A stretch of 63,380 bases of DNA, counting the filler, from Hausera hauseri (taxonomy: Eukaryota): NCBI GenBank assembly GCA_046269625.1. It is 11 parts of 11 records of this genome, joined end to end, with 100 filler letters (N's around TTAATTAATTAA, not from the genome) between each part and the next. Parts side by side here need not be neighbours in the genome. Positions count along the whole stretch, not along the records: positions 7,411 to 14,821 come from JBJURY010016454.1; positions 14,922 to 23,964 come from JBJURY010479909.1; 9 more parts are not named here. One strand, given 5' to 3'. Positions 12,823 through 23,715 of this stretch are shown here, one piece after another. The translations under genes were made by a program, and so were the position numbers. The notes under the pieces are model-generated. The model did not search any database. It had not been told where the DNA came from and saw only the letters and a program-made list of their open reading frames with translations. The first letter of the stretch is position 1; every line of letters begins with the position of its first letter.

Positions 12823-13178
12823 TCAAACTAAAATCTTACGACGACGACGTTTGCTTATAGCTGATGAACTCGATGATGCTCTACGACGTTTTATCAAGCC
12901 ACTGCCAGCGAACTGTTTTTGACTGATTCAACGATTCCCGGTGCAGCGCTTTTTATTTCTGACAAGGCATGTTCTTCAATGATGTTCTTCAACTTGTTTT
13001 AATATAGTACGTCCTGCGCTGTTTTTGCTGCCACGGCTCCAATATGCTTCAACACCGGAAATGCTAAACGTGCCAATGTACGCAACCATCCAGATCCGTA
13101 CTGTTTACCAACGAAGTACGGCTGTTCAACACCCTGCTGCGGTTTACTGTAAATGGAAACGATTTCGCAATAAATCAT
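12823..13178 (-). pseudogene. Small virion protein with amphipathic helix and Arg-rich tail (adintovirus cupiennin-like), absent from the ORF track
   Basis: Hand translation: MIYCEIVSIYSKPQQGVEQPYFVGKQYGSGWLRTLARLAFPVLKHIGAVAAKTAQDVLY*...KQFAGSGLIKRRRASSSSSAISKRRRRKILV. Lies between penton and MCP and is conserved in copy 2. Confidence 0.75.
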
Positions 13179-13194
13179 ATTGCTGTTGTTGTTC

Positions 13195-14251
13195 TTAGAT
13201 TCGACGGAAATTAAGAGTTAGACTGGTTGTGGTACCGTACGGAAAATCAATAAGGTAGCCCGCGTCACATTGGATATTCACTTTAACATTGTTTATAGAT
13301 GTGGATGCCACAGGTAGGTACACTGGATTATCGCGCTTGACAGTGACATTGTCGTAAGCAGTATATTTGCTGCTTTCCGGATAAATAGGACATAGTAGTA
13401 GTACACGTACTCCACCGACCAAAATCGGTTCGGTGACATTCACGAAAATGTATATTTGATTTAGTCTCGTTTTCAGTTCAAGTTTAAGTGTTGCAACATG
13501 CTCCGCCAAAGATGTTCAAACCGCTGTTTTTCGAAACCTAATAACATGGCCAAAGCTTTGTCCAATGAAATGTCGACAATATCCTTAGCTAGTTGAAATT
13601 TAATCAACCAACTTGCATCTGACTCGAAAACTTTAAATATCGCCTTATATTTTTGATTTGAAGAAAAGTGTTGACATAGATGTTCTATAAATTCGCAATA
13701 GACATTGTCTCCAATTGATGCGTATGACGTTGACACCCTTTTTGTTGTATTGGTAAATTTCACCGTTGGCTGGTAATATTTGGGACTTAATCTTGTATCA
13801 ACTACATATTCACTTTAATATTTGTACCTTTGTACTCTGTATTTTTAAATCCAAATTTCTGCGCTATCTCAGAGGACTGAGTTGTAACAGTAAATTCAAA
13901 ATCTGCCACAAAATCTAAGTTTTGATCTGTAATAAAACACCGATTCTGCCGTGTAAGCCGTAATTTGTTTCGGTCGTGCAAATGCCCGATTCTCCAACTG
14001 TTATTTTATTGTTAGTAAGTGTCAGAAAACAAGAATGTGTTTTGGTTTCAGTAACAGTCTTGTTGTACGTTATTTTCATACTACCTTTAAATGTTACCAG
14101 TGCGTAGGGAAAGTTAAATTCAATCAGTGCAACCTCCCATTGTCCAGATAAATCATAAAGGATTGTTCTAATCTACAACGTATTCAATGGCGAAATTGTT
14201 CGGACGAGTCGTCGGACAACTGTTGCTTGGCAACACCATGTAAATACACAT
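13195..14251 (-). pseudogene. Polinton minor capsid protein (penton, PX), paralog A
   Basis: N-terminal MCIYMVLPSNSC...DLSGQWEVALIEFNFP and C-terminal IYIFVNVTEPILVGG...NPVYLPV...NIQCDAGYLIDF...LTLNFRR are typical Polinton penton termini. Several frameshifts. Confidence 0.8.
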
Positions 14252-14290
14252 AATCTCGATGATGGTGATGATGATGACGCAGTTTGTTTA

Positions 14291-14821
14291 TTATCGATAT
14301 TGACGACGTCGAAAATGTAACGTCAAATTTGTCGTTGAACCAAACAGACATTTAATGGGTTCCAAAAATTCATCAAGCATATACACGGAAATACTGTGCA
14401 CAATATTGTGAGATAATGATAAGTACATAGGTCTGAACGTAATAACGCGAACATTTTCACCCAATGTTTTGTACTTGTCAGAATCCAGTTCGATAGAAGC
14501 CAGCAGTTGTTTACGTTCTCCACCAATGAGTTGGGATTCGGTTAAGTCCGTTAAAATATTGATTCGCTGAAATGCTCCATAAATTGTGGTTTGCATTTGG
14601 CAACAATAGATCGGTCAACAATGTTTTGATAGAATTCCGGTTTTGAAAAACCCAGATTCCGAGCCAATAATTCATCAAAGGCAAAATATGTAAAATTGGC
14701 ATGTAGTATAATCCAAATATGACCATCTGCGTTTATTTCACATATCTTTACGGCTAATGTAGCCGTTTTCTTGACGTACTCACACAATTCCAGTTCCGTT
14801 TCCATTAATAAATCGTGTGGT
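14291..14821 (-). pseudogene. Polinton minor capsid protein (penton), paralog B, 5'-truncated at contig edge
   Basis: INILTDLTESQLIGGERKQLLASI...RPMYLSL...ISVYMLDEFLEPI...NLTLHFRR, preceded in another frame by FDELLARNLGF. Confidence 0.78.
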
Positions 14822-14949
14822 NNNNNNNNNNNNNNNNNNNNNNNNNNNNNNNNNNNNNNNNNNNNTTAATTAATTAANNNNNNNNNNNNNNNNNNNNNNN
14901 NNNNNNNNNNNNNNNNNNNNNAAAATGGCATAAAATCAATTTATTTGTC

Positions 14950-15828
14950 TTAAATTACAATTTTTGTAATAACCAGTACCGTATTAAAACAACATACACA
15001 CAATAAACTATTTTCCAAAAACGGACCACATTTCTCAACGAAAAGGGCATAGTACAAGTTTATACTGCTTTCGTCTGCCGATTTTGCGTCTTTCTTACGT
15101 TCATTGCACCATTGGGCTAAATTGTTCAAAAGCGGAGGTTTACAATCGTCCGGCTGTGCAGTTCTGGCTAACCACTGTATTTTCTCATCATCTCTGTCGT
15201 CGTGGTCTTTTTCATTATTTAGTAGTATTTTCGTCATTTGTCTATGGATGATAATATCTGGATACCGTCGAATAGGTGACGTGAAATGCGTATACAACGG
15301 CACATTCAGTGCAAAATGAGAACAGTTGAAAAGGCTGTCTTCACTACTCTCGCAATCATCACAGAAATAAATGGCGAGTTGCATTGATTTGCTGTAAATG
15401 TTCAAAATTGATAAATAATTCGGATCGGTTTTGTCGAATACACTTAATATTTTCTGGAAATCATCAGTTGCACTAGTGTCTAATTGAATATCAGACCAAC
15501 CCATGGATTTGAGTTGTATGTTGATATCTTCAACAGCTTTTATAGTAGGACTCGGGTGACATCGAAGAAAAGTTGTTTTTGGCAAATGTTTGTGGATATA
15601 TTCTGCAACAGACATGTTTGCCCGTAACATCCATTCCTCAATCATATGATTGCTAGCAGATAACGTATAGGTTTTATAGCCGAGTGGAGAATCTCTCTCA
15701 TCATTTAATATAAAGCCTATTTTAGGCTTATTAATCCAAAGAGCTCCGGAATTAAATCTATTTTCTCTCATTGATGAAGCAAGCTTCAGTTTAGGCGCAG
15801 AATTAATCTCTTCTGTTTCTGCAGACAC
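14950..15828 (-). CDS. dis3l2: DIS3-like exonuclease 2 (RNase II/RNB domain), internal exon or fragment
   Basis: RF.SGAL, SNHMIEEWMLRANMSVA, LRCHPSP, MQLAIYFC, HFALNVPLYTHFTSPIRRYPDIIIHR, WCNERK and YYALFVEKCGP. Candidate acceptor (tctgcag, ~15819) and donor (gtatgt, ~14996) bracket the homology. Confidence 0.88.
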   Translation of the reverse strand: MSAETEEINSAPKLKLASSMRENRFNSGALWINKPKIGFILNDERDSPLGYKTYTLSASNHMIEEWMLRANMSVAEYIHKHLPKTTFLRCHPSPTIKAVEDINIQLKSMGWSDIQLDTSATDDFQKILSVFDKTDPNYLSILNIYSKSMQLAIYFCDDCESSEDSLFNCSHFALNVPLYTHFTSPIRRYPDIIIHRQMTKILLNNEKDHDDRDDEKIQWLARTAQPDDCKPPLLNNLAQWCNERKKDAKSADESSINLYYALFVEKCGPFLENSLLCVCCFNTVLVITKIVI

Positions 15829-16024
15829 AACAACAATGAGAATTGTTGCAAAGGATATTACGGTCTTTGGTTCAGCATGTTTGGCCTTATTACAAGAACT
15901 TGGTCTTTTTCATATTAATGTCAAAAAATTGTTATTTTTATCAAAAACCGCTTGATGTGCCTCTAATTAATTGAGATAAATGCGTTTTGTAAAACCACAA
16001 TGTAACAAGAAAACATCGAACGCC

Positions 16025-16531
16025 TTACCAAGAACACCAACTACAGTGGCAAGTGAGACCGAGTGGATGTGGTGGAACAAGTTCGAATTTCTGTTTATCA
16101 GAGAGTTTAGGGCATAATTTATTTTCTTCTAATTGTAAAGGGTCATTGTAAGGCGTTTGGACTATATGTTCGAGATTAATATCTTTGAGTATCAATTCGG
16201 TAATTTGAATTCCGAGTTGTTCCACGAGTTTCAGATGTTTCGATCGCAATGTCAACGAATACTCTTGACTAACATTATACATTTTTATGCAGATCTTTTC
16301 AACACTTTCTCGGATTAATTCTTGAATATGAGGCTGGCAAACCCGCTTCAGATTTACTAGCGTCTCAACGAAATCGTCAAACGTATGATAGTCCTCATTC
16401 CTGATCCATCTCAATGTATCATCAGCGTTATGTTTGATTATTTTCCGACAAGGTGGACTAGCATTTCGTCGCTCAACCAAATCTTTGACGGACTCCGCAT
16501 ATCGAATCAATTGGCTTTTAGCAGCATTCAA
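16025..16531 (-). CDS. 168-codon ORF whose N-terminal ~70 aa resemble the Hsp70 C-terminal helical lid; candidate ORF3 of the gypsy element
   Basis: AKSQLIRYAESVKDLVE...KIIKHNADDTLRWI...DDFVETLVNLKRVCQPHIQEL aligns by eye with Hsp70 AKNALESYAFNMKSAVE...KVLDKCQEVISWL...[21 protein letters not shown]. The start is TTG; a splice-acceptor-like site lies at 16679. Confidence 0.6.
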   Translation of the reverse strand: MNAAKSQLIRYAESVKDLVERRNASPPCRKIIKHNADDTLRWIRNEDYHTFDDFVETLVNLKRVCQPHIQELIRESVEKICIKMYNVSQEYSLTLRSKHLKLVEQLGIQITELILKDINLEHIVQTPYNDPLQLEENKLCPKLSDKQKFELVPPHPLGLTCHCSWCSW

Positions 16532-16781
16532 ATATTTCAGTTTTCAAGGCAGAAAATCGGGGCCTGTCTATGCGCCCGACGCGCCGGCAGCGGAAAACCC
16601 GGCCGTGCCCAACCGAATGGGCCGGAGGGCGACGATCGACGCGGGCACCACATGACCCCACCCGTGGCAAAGTTGAAGCTATAAAGAATAAAAGAGAGAA
16701 AAAACGCAAAACGAAAAGTGTTTGTGTTACTTGCGCCTAGTGTGTATAAGGCGTTGAATACCTTCGACTGATTTCTCCCTA

Positions 16782-19700
16782 CTATATTGGCTGAATGTGA
16801 CTCTGCGTGTTGTGTATTTGTGCAGTGTGTTTGTTTGCAGAGATTGAAGTTGGGAAAAAATTGGTAGATTTTGGTGTAGGTAATGTGTTGTGCGAAGATG
16901 AGCCAGAATAAAGAGAAGAAGAAGACAAAAAAGGAAGAGGGATTGCTGAAGACGGATGGTTAAAGGTGTTAAGAAGAGTGTTAGAAGAGGAAGGAATGAT
17001 GAAAGGTGTAGTGACGGATAAAGGAAGAGATGAAAGAGTTGGAGTAGAGACTGGAGTTGTGTTGAGTGAAAGAGTGGAAAAAGAAGATGACACAGAAGGA
17101 GTGGTAGCGATAGGAAGAGTGGTAGGGATAGAAGAAGAATGTGTAGAAAATGATGAAGCAAGACTAGGCGCAGAAGAGGGAGGTGAAAATTGTGTAGCAA
17201 TAGATGTAGTGATAGCAAGAAGTTGAGGAGTAAAAAAGGAGGTTGACGTGTTGCTTGGTAAAGTGTCTTCGAAAAAGAAAGCGGCATTTAAGTTGGTAAT
17301 GTGTACTGTGAAGTCTTTGCCTTCCTTGGAGATGGTGGCGTTATACGAGTGTAGCTGTAACAGTTTGTAGGGCCCCAGGTACCGTGGCTGGAAACCGCAA
17401 GGAGCTTGATTCTTCACCCATACGAATTTAACCGTATACAAATCTTCGGGTAAGTATGTATTGTCTTTGTGAAGTATCCTGCAGAACGAATCTTTACTGA
17501 CCTCAACGAAGTGATTTTGCGCCGCCCGTATCGTCTCATCTGTGGGAGTGTCATCTAGGGTGGTTAGTTTGAACAATGATTGAAGAGGAGCTTCGAATAA
17601 GGCTTCAGTAGGTGAGCATCCTGTAGAAGTGGACGGAGTATTCCGCCAGCCGAGCAGAACAAACGGAAGATGATTCGTCAAACTACTGTTAGAATCTGCT
17701 AAAATTCTTAGTGAAGTTTTCAATGTTCGGTGGAAACGAATAGAAGGCCATTCGATTGTGGATGATAAGGCGTAGTATGTACGTTGTGGATCCCCAGTCG
17801 GTTAACAAGGGATTTGAGCAGGTTGCATTCAAACTGTGGACCATGATCCGTGATGATGAAGCGAGGTAATCCAAACCTGCTAATCCATGTACGAATGAAA
17901 ACGTCAGCTATGGTGTTTGTATTTGTGCTCCGCAGAGGGATGACTTCTGGCCATCGCGAGGAACGGTCCATCGTGGTAAGGATGAATTGGTGACAGTTGT
18001 CTGGAGGAAGAGGTCTATCGATGTCGATATGCACGGACTCGAAACGCGATATGCAGGGAAAGTGGAATAGTCGTGGCTTTAAATGCTTAGTTGTTTTGTA
18101 TTGTTGGCAAGCCACGCACTCCTTAACCCATGCCTGCACATCAGAGCGCATTGACGGCCATCTTACTTGTCGATGAAGTAGACAAAAATTGGCTTTAGCA
18201 CCAGAATGGTGTAGTGAATGTACGTGGTAAAATGCTTGCCTTTGCAATGAAGGTGCTAGAATTATTACTGAATGGCCTGGTTTGGAGGTGTTTAAGGCCA
18301 CGCCGTCAACGATTGTGCAAGATTTAAAAGACTTAAGCATGTCTTGAGGTGGTTGGTTCTGTTGAAGTTGTTCTTGCGCAAAAATCGGATGAAAGGAAAT
18401 CGAACTAACCGACCTAGATAAAAAATCATCAACCAAATTGTTAACTCCGTTAGTATGTTTAATATCGAAGTTAAATGTCGATAAATATGATATTTGTTGT
18501 TCTTGGCGTGTGAAAGGGTGTTTCGTGGCCATAATGTTAAGTAAAGGCTTGTGATCTGTTTGTAGAGTGAAATGACGAGCGACAAGTAGGTGGGAAAAAT
18601 GCTTTAAAGCGAGAACGATGGTCAATAGTTCTCGATCAAATGTGGAATAACTGGTTCCAGATGCTATTAGCTTGCGAGAGAAAAATTCTAATGGTTGGTT
18701 TTCTTCATTGTGGATTTGGTGGAGCACGGCGCCTACAGCAGTGGTTGACGCGTCCGTAGTATGGATGAGTTCTGCATCAGGCTTGGGAAAGGCTAGAATA
18801 TCTATGGTTTTGACGCCTTCGCGTAGCTTATCGAATTTGTCAACCAATTTAGGTGTCCACTGGATTGGCTGATGTTTTTTGCCGCCGCTTAGGTGTGCGA
18901 ATGGTTCTGTCAATTCCGAGCAATGTGGTACATATTTATGTACAAAGTGTAGTGTGCCAAGAAAGCTACGCATTTCGGTGGTCGTACGTGGCAACTGGAT
19001 GTTTTTAAGACCTTCGACTTGGTCTGATTAGGGAGAATGACCGTCTGGTGTAATAATATGGCCTAAAGGTTAATGCGTTTTTTGAAAAATTGGCATTTGT
19101 CAAAATTGACTTGGAGATTATGGTTGTTGAGACGTTGAAATATTGCGCGAAGGTGTTCTTCGTGTTATTTGGCCGAAGATGAAACGACTAAAATATCGTC
19201 GATATGAGGGTGTGCTAACGGGAAATCGTAGAGAATTGAATCGATGTGCCACTGAAAAGTTTGTGCGACATTCCGCAAACCGAATGGCATAAATAGATAT
19301 TTGTAGAGGCCAAAATGAGTAGTTACTGCGGTTTTTTCAATGTCTTCGAGTGCCACCGGTAATTGATAGTATGCTTTAGCCAGATCAATGGTTGAATAAA
19401 TGGTGGTTGAATTAAGGCGACGCAAGACATCCTTGATCAGTGGTAAAGGATATGCGTCCATGATAGTCAAGTTATTAAGCTGTCGGTAGTCACCGCATGG
19501 TCTAAAAGTACCATCCTTTTTTGTACAACATGTAACGTTGATGACCAAGGAGATTTGGAACGGCGTACTATGCCGGAACGTTCCAGTTCAAGAAATTCGA
19601 CTTCTGCAGCCTGTCTACGACGAGGTTACAGAGGCCGTACTTTTTGGCGTATTGGACGTTGGTGCTGTGTTACTACGTGGTGTAAAGTGCTGTTGGTGGG

Positions 19701-20609
19701 ACTAAAAGTACGATCTTTTTAAGTACATGATTTGTTCACGAATTGCTGTAACGTTGTAGGTAGCTGTGAGAAATTCGTTGAAAGTGGTTAAACGTTTTGA
19801 GTAGTAGCGGATGCATTTTGTTAGTCGTTTGGTGATGTGACATTAAGTGGTATTTGGTGTAAGATGGTCGAATTGAAGATGGTGTTTGATGAAGTATTGT
19901 CGTGGAATGAATCAGCTATGGTGGCAGTACCACAATTATCGACATCACACCTCAATCGTATAGCAGTGTTATTATTTAAAAATTTACGAATTGCGTTATC
20001 ATTATGGAAATTAGAATTAGTTATTGATTTTATTAAGACTGACCTCCGCATTCCGGTCGACTGCGCGGTAGTCGAAACGCTACTAAAATGTCCAGAAATG
20101 TCGCCAACGGTGTTGTTCCTCAAACATTGCTGACTGCAGTCAACCAGTAAGTTGTAGTGTGAGAGAAAGTCAGATCCCTGGATTGCCGACTGGACGTTAG
20201 CTACTGTGAACGTCCAGTGGAAAGGTGAAAGAAAATTCGGCAGAGTGAAAGATAGTTTAGTCGTGCCAGAAATGTGCAGCGGTCGACCTGAAGCAGTGTA
20301 TAAGTGTTTGATCTTGAATGGAGTATTTTGTGCGGAAAAAGTTGATGTTAGTAAAGAAATTTCTGCAGCTGTATCGATGAGAAAGTCAATAGATCGTGTT
20401 GAAGGAGCAGTGATTGAAGCCTTTAGAGTAAAAACTGCAAAAGAGACGTGTCGGGGTGCAGAATGTGAAGCAGTGCATTTGCCAGAGTTTTCTGTGACCT
20501 CTGGCGGCGAACTTAGTTTTTTTGAAAAGATGAACTGGGACGACTGTGAGAAGTGAAGGCAGTACGTCCGTCGTTCGTATTGGATTTGAAGGTGTAGCCG
20601 GGGATACAT
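16782..20609 (-). pseudogene. pol: Gypsy pol: aspartic protease, reverse transcriptase, RNase H, integrase, Ser/Thr-rich tail
   Basis: FLIDTAAEISLL (PR); RPCGDYRQLN, IDLAKAYYQ, MPFGLRN, HIDDILV (RT); TDAS, YSTFDRELL, TDHKPL (RH); HSLHHSG...CVAC, VHIDI, TDHGPQF, YHPQSNG, PRYLGPYK (IN). Frameshifts and stops throughout. Confidence 0.93.
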
Positions 20610-21597
20610 TTACGTGCTTGATTTTTGAATCTTGCATGGTAAATGCAAACAACGGTGTCCGAGGAAAAAATCTTGTCATAAAATTGGCACCCCAGGCAGC
20701 ACTTCTAAGTATTAGTGTTGAATCTGCTGTGGTAATAGCAGATCAACGAACGCGCAGGCAATGGTGAGCGGTTTCGTGACGCAGAACGGGTGCGATCAGC
20801 GGCAAAACCCCCTCGGAAGGACAGAGACAATTCGTTCAATTTATTATTAATGTTGTTGATTGTTGCATGTAATGCAATGTTTTCAGCACGTATGATTAAG
20901 TTGTTGTTCTATAGATGTATTATCGTTAGCGGCAACTGCTGCTGCTAAAACGACTGGTGGAGAATTTACGTGTAGGACATCGTGTGTCCTATCGGTTAAT
21001 TCGGCCAATTTTTCAAGCGGCGTGGAGTCTCCCACCACGGTAAAGAGGGCACGGATTTGGATAGGTAGCGCATTAAGAAAATAGTGGCGCAGAAGATCTG
21101 GGTTGTGCTTCTTAGTGACGCCGACAGTACTTAAGTGAGCTAACGAGGTGCGTAGGAAGTCACTGGGTTTTTGTGTCCCCATTGCGTTTTCATTGAAGAA
21201 ACGTTGCATTATTGAATCAACTGATGGTTCTGTGTTTTAAGACAGCGTCGAATAATTGGGCATAAGGGTCAGAGTGTTGAAAGATGTCCACTAAGTTATG
21301 GATTGAGGCTTTTATGGAGTTTGGGAGAAGATTAAGTAGGTTATGGGCTTTGGGTAACGAATCTGTGATACCGTTAGACTGTAACCAGAGTTGATGGTAG
21401 TGGAGCCACGTTTTGATGGACTTTTCATTATCTATAAAGTAGTCAGTGCAATGTGGAGAAGTATGGATATGATTTTTGTTTAAAGAATTTGTGTCGGTTG
21501 AAGTAGGTGGATAATTTGGTCTGGTGTTGTAGAGAATGGGTATTGTCTTTTTTGTGGTGGTTATATCCATGGTGTCAATAGTTGGCGAAGTGTTCAT
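20570..21597 (-). pseudogene. gag: Gypsy gag (CsRn1 type)
   Basis: DPYAQLFDAVL, MGTQKPSDFLR, YFLNALPIQIR, LEKLAELTD. Hand translation near 20590-20650 gives CIYHARFKNQARKCIPGY, a C-x2-H-x9-C-x3-C (CHCC) knuckle with the last Cys mutated. Confidence 0.85.
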
Positions 21598-21967
21598 GCT
21601 ACCACGGATACGGAGATGTATTTTGAAGCAAGCGTGATTTGAAAAAGGTAAAGTTTCGTTGAGATGTATGATAGTACCGTGGTGGCTGAAATAAAAGTCA
21701 GAAGAACCAAGCAAGGAAGAAATGCAGGTCTGAAGGGTGGGAATGTGTAGATGAGTTGTATTGAGGGTATAGATGTGTATATTGTTAAAAAAGAAAATGG
21801 AAGTAGGAGCAGTGGTGCATCTGGGGGCGCGATGTGGAGTCGACGCCAAAGGCGCTGTCCGATCTACCGGAGCAGGGTTGGCGGTCGGGACCTCCGCCTC
21901 GACGTGGCGGGCGGCAAAATGCGGGATGGCCGAGTTTCCCCTCAAAAGTTGTTCTCCAACGTGCCAG

Positions 21968-22214
21968 TGGGAAAACCTCTTTTAGAAAATACTGTCAAAG
22001 AAATTACAGAGGGAATTAGTGGGAGTAATCTCGACTTTTCGAGTTTTTGAGTCTATAATATCAACATATTCTTTTTTCAAAAGAGACTGCAACTGTAGAT
22101 GGCGAGGAAGGTGGACGTGATGGTCGAGTGAGAGATGTTTTTTGAGAGTTTATATAAAGAGAAGTAAATGATTGAGATGCTGCTGTTGACAGACCCAGTA
22201 CAGTTTCTATTACA
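21968..22214 (-). repeat. Possible 5' LTR of the CsRn1-like element
   Basis: Minus strand begins TGTAAT, contains TATATAAA, ends ...CCCA followed by C-TGG. There is no second copy to confirm it and the PBS matches no tRNA I can name. Confidence 0.3.
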
Positions 22215-22871
22215 GTGGAATTTCCAATCTGACATTAAACGGCGACTTTATGGACTAGACGATTATGCAAACGTAGAGTAGTTTCAAAACCGCCTTTACG
22301 ATCATACGAACGATGTGGTGCCCACATTGTCGCACTCAAAAATAACATTATATTAATATGTATATGTATATATATGTATATGTATATATATATATTAGGT
22401 ATTGATTGAAAAATTGAATTAAGATTATACATAATTTGCATCTGTAGTTTTTCTCTAAATACGTTTTCCTGTTTATGTCGTTCATAATTCCGCCATATTT
22501 GGTGCAATGCAGTTAGATACTGAAATTCACTTAATCCATGTTGGATTTAACTTGTGACTATCTCGTCATCTAATTAGAGTTGTAAACGATCATACGAACG
22601 ACCTTCAGGTACAGCGGCGGAAGTATATTGATCAGCTTTTAACAGCATATAAAGATATTTGAAATCAGTAAGTTTGGTAGTAAAGCGTGTTTCAACAATC
22701 GTGTTAACAGGTGTGACCGACTTAACAGATACTCGATCACGGTAATATAAAATAGTCTGACAAATGGTACTGTATATATCGATTAATTGTCACACCAGAC
22801 GGACTTTTCGCGGGTGGATTGCTACCATCATCAGTCATGTCAATGAACTGAATCTTTTTTATTGGAACTTC

Positions 22872-23715
22872 GATGACATCACAAGGTGGTAACTGTCGAC
22901 CATCAATTTCCAGTGGTGTTTTCAACTTGCAAATTCCATCTGCGTGACAATTCTTGTGCTTTGTCGCCCTTCGATAACCAATCGCAAAATGCGGGAATAT
23001 CGTCAAGTCTTTCTCGAGGTTCTCGTTTCATTACACCTGATAATCCCTTCTGAAGATCCATATTTGACTTTTCTTGATCTGAAAATCCACAGAGAAAGCA
23101 TAATTCTCCTGGAATATTTAATGTTATGTCTTTATCTCCGTCTTTTGTAGATGCCTTTTCTTCCTCCGTTTGAGGTTTTCGTGGGCCGCGTCGAATTGTT
23201 GGCTTCTTTGTTTTTGTTAAAACTAATGGCTAATCCTTAGCCTGCAATCGAATATTGTATCTTTCTTTAAAATATTCGCCAAAGGTCATTGTTCGACCAC
23301 TGATGTCAAACTTTTCATCGATACTCATTTCTTTAATATCACTTATCCGATAAGTTTTACTATTATGTTTAGTTATTACGTCTCGTCCTATTAATTGGTC
23401 AATATTACGTCTATCGTATACTTTAAGCACAGAGTTATCATTCAATACTCGATTTATTCGTTCAATGTACATCGTCATTATAATGTCCCCGTTGGGTTTC
23501 GTGCCTCTTAGCAAATTTGTCGAAAAACCATCGGGAACCTTGAAGTTGTTCATTTCGAAAAACGTTGATCCAATATTCTTTGAAACACCACCACGACTTG
23601 TATTTGTCGACAAAAAGTAACCTTTTCCTATTTTGTCTTGGCCTAAACATATATGAAGGTTATTCATAAGTACATTTATCATTTTATAATATTCCTCAAT
23701 TTCGGGTAATTCGTA
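22872..23715 (-). pseudogene. piwi: PIWI-clade Argonaute fragment (L1-PAZ-L2), disrupted
   Basis: LIGRDVITKHNSKTYRISDI...TFGEYFKERYNIRLQAKD*PLV, then by hand LNIPGELCFLCGFSDQEKSNMDLQKGLSGVMKREPRERL...RWNLQV...PLEIDGRQLPP. In-frame TAG at 23230 plus frameshifts; MID and PIWI domains absent. Confidence 0.88.

Larger units (their letters stand above)
11166..14821 (-). mobile_element. Polinton/Maverick (adintovirus-like) virion module, copy 1, decayed
   Basis: Co-oriented penton-like, penton-like, small amphipathic/basic protein, major capsid protein and cysteine protease genes, with frameshifts and stops. Runs off the contig at 14821. Confidence 0.88.
16782..22214 (-). mobile_element. Ty3/gypsy LTR retrotransposon, CsRn1 clade, decayed (may extend to ~16000)
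   Basis: gag-PR-RT-RH-IN order with a CsRn1-type Gag. No matching 3' LTR could be identified. Confidence 0.88.

Noticed and set aside
15850-16020. 3' LTR of the CsRn1-like element
   Set aside because: No recognisable match to 21968-22214 and no PPT.
16727-17287. Leu-rich 186-aa membrane-like ORF (possible env) and antisense 16966-17226
   Set aside because: Alternative-frame shadows of the low-complexity Ser/Thr-rich tail of pol.
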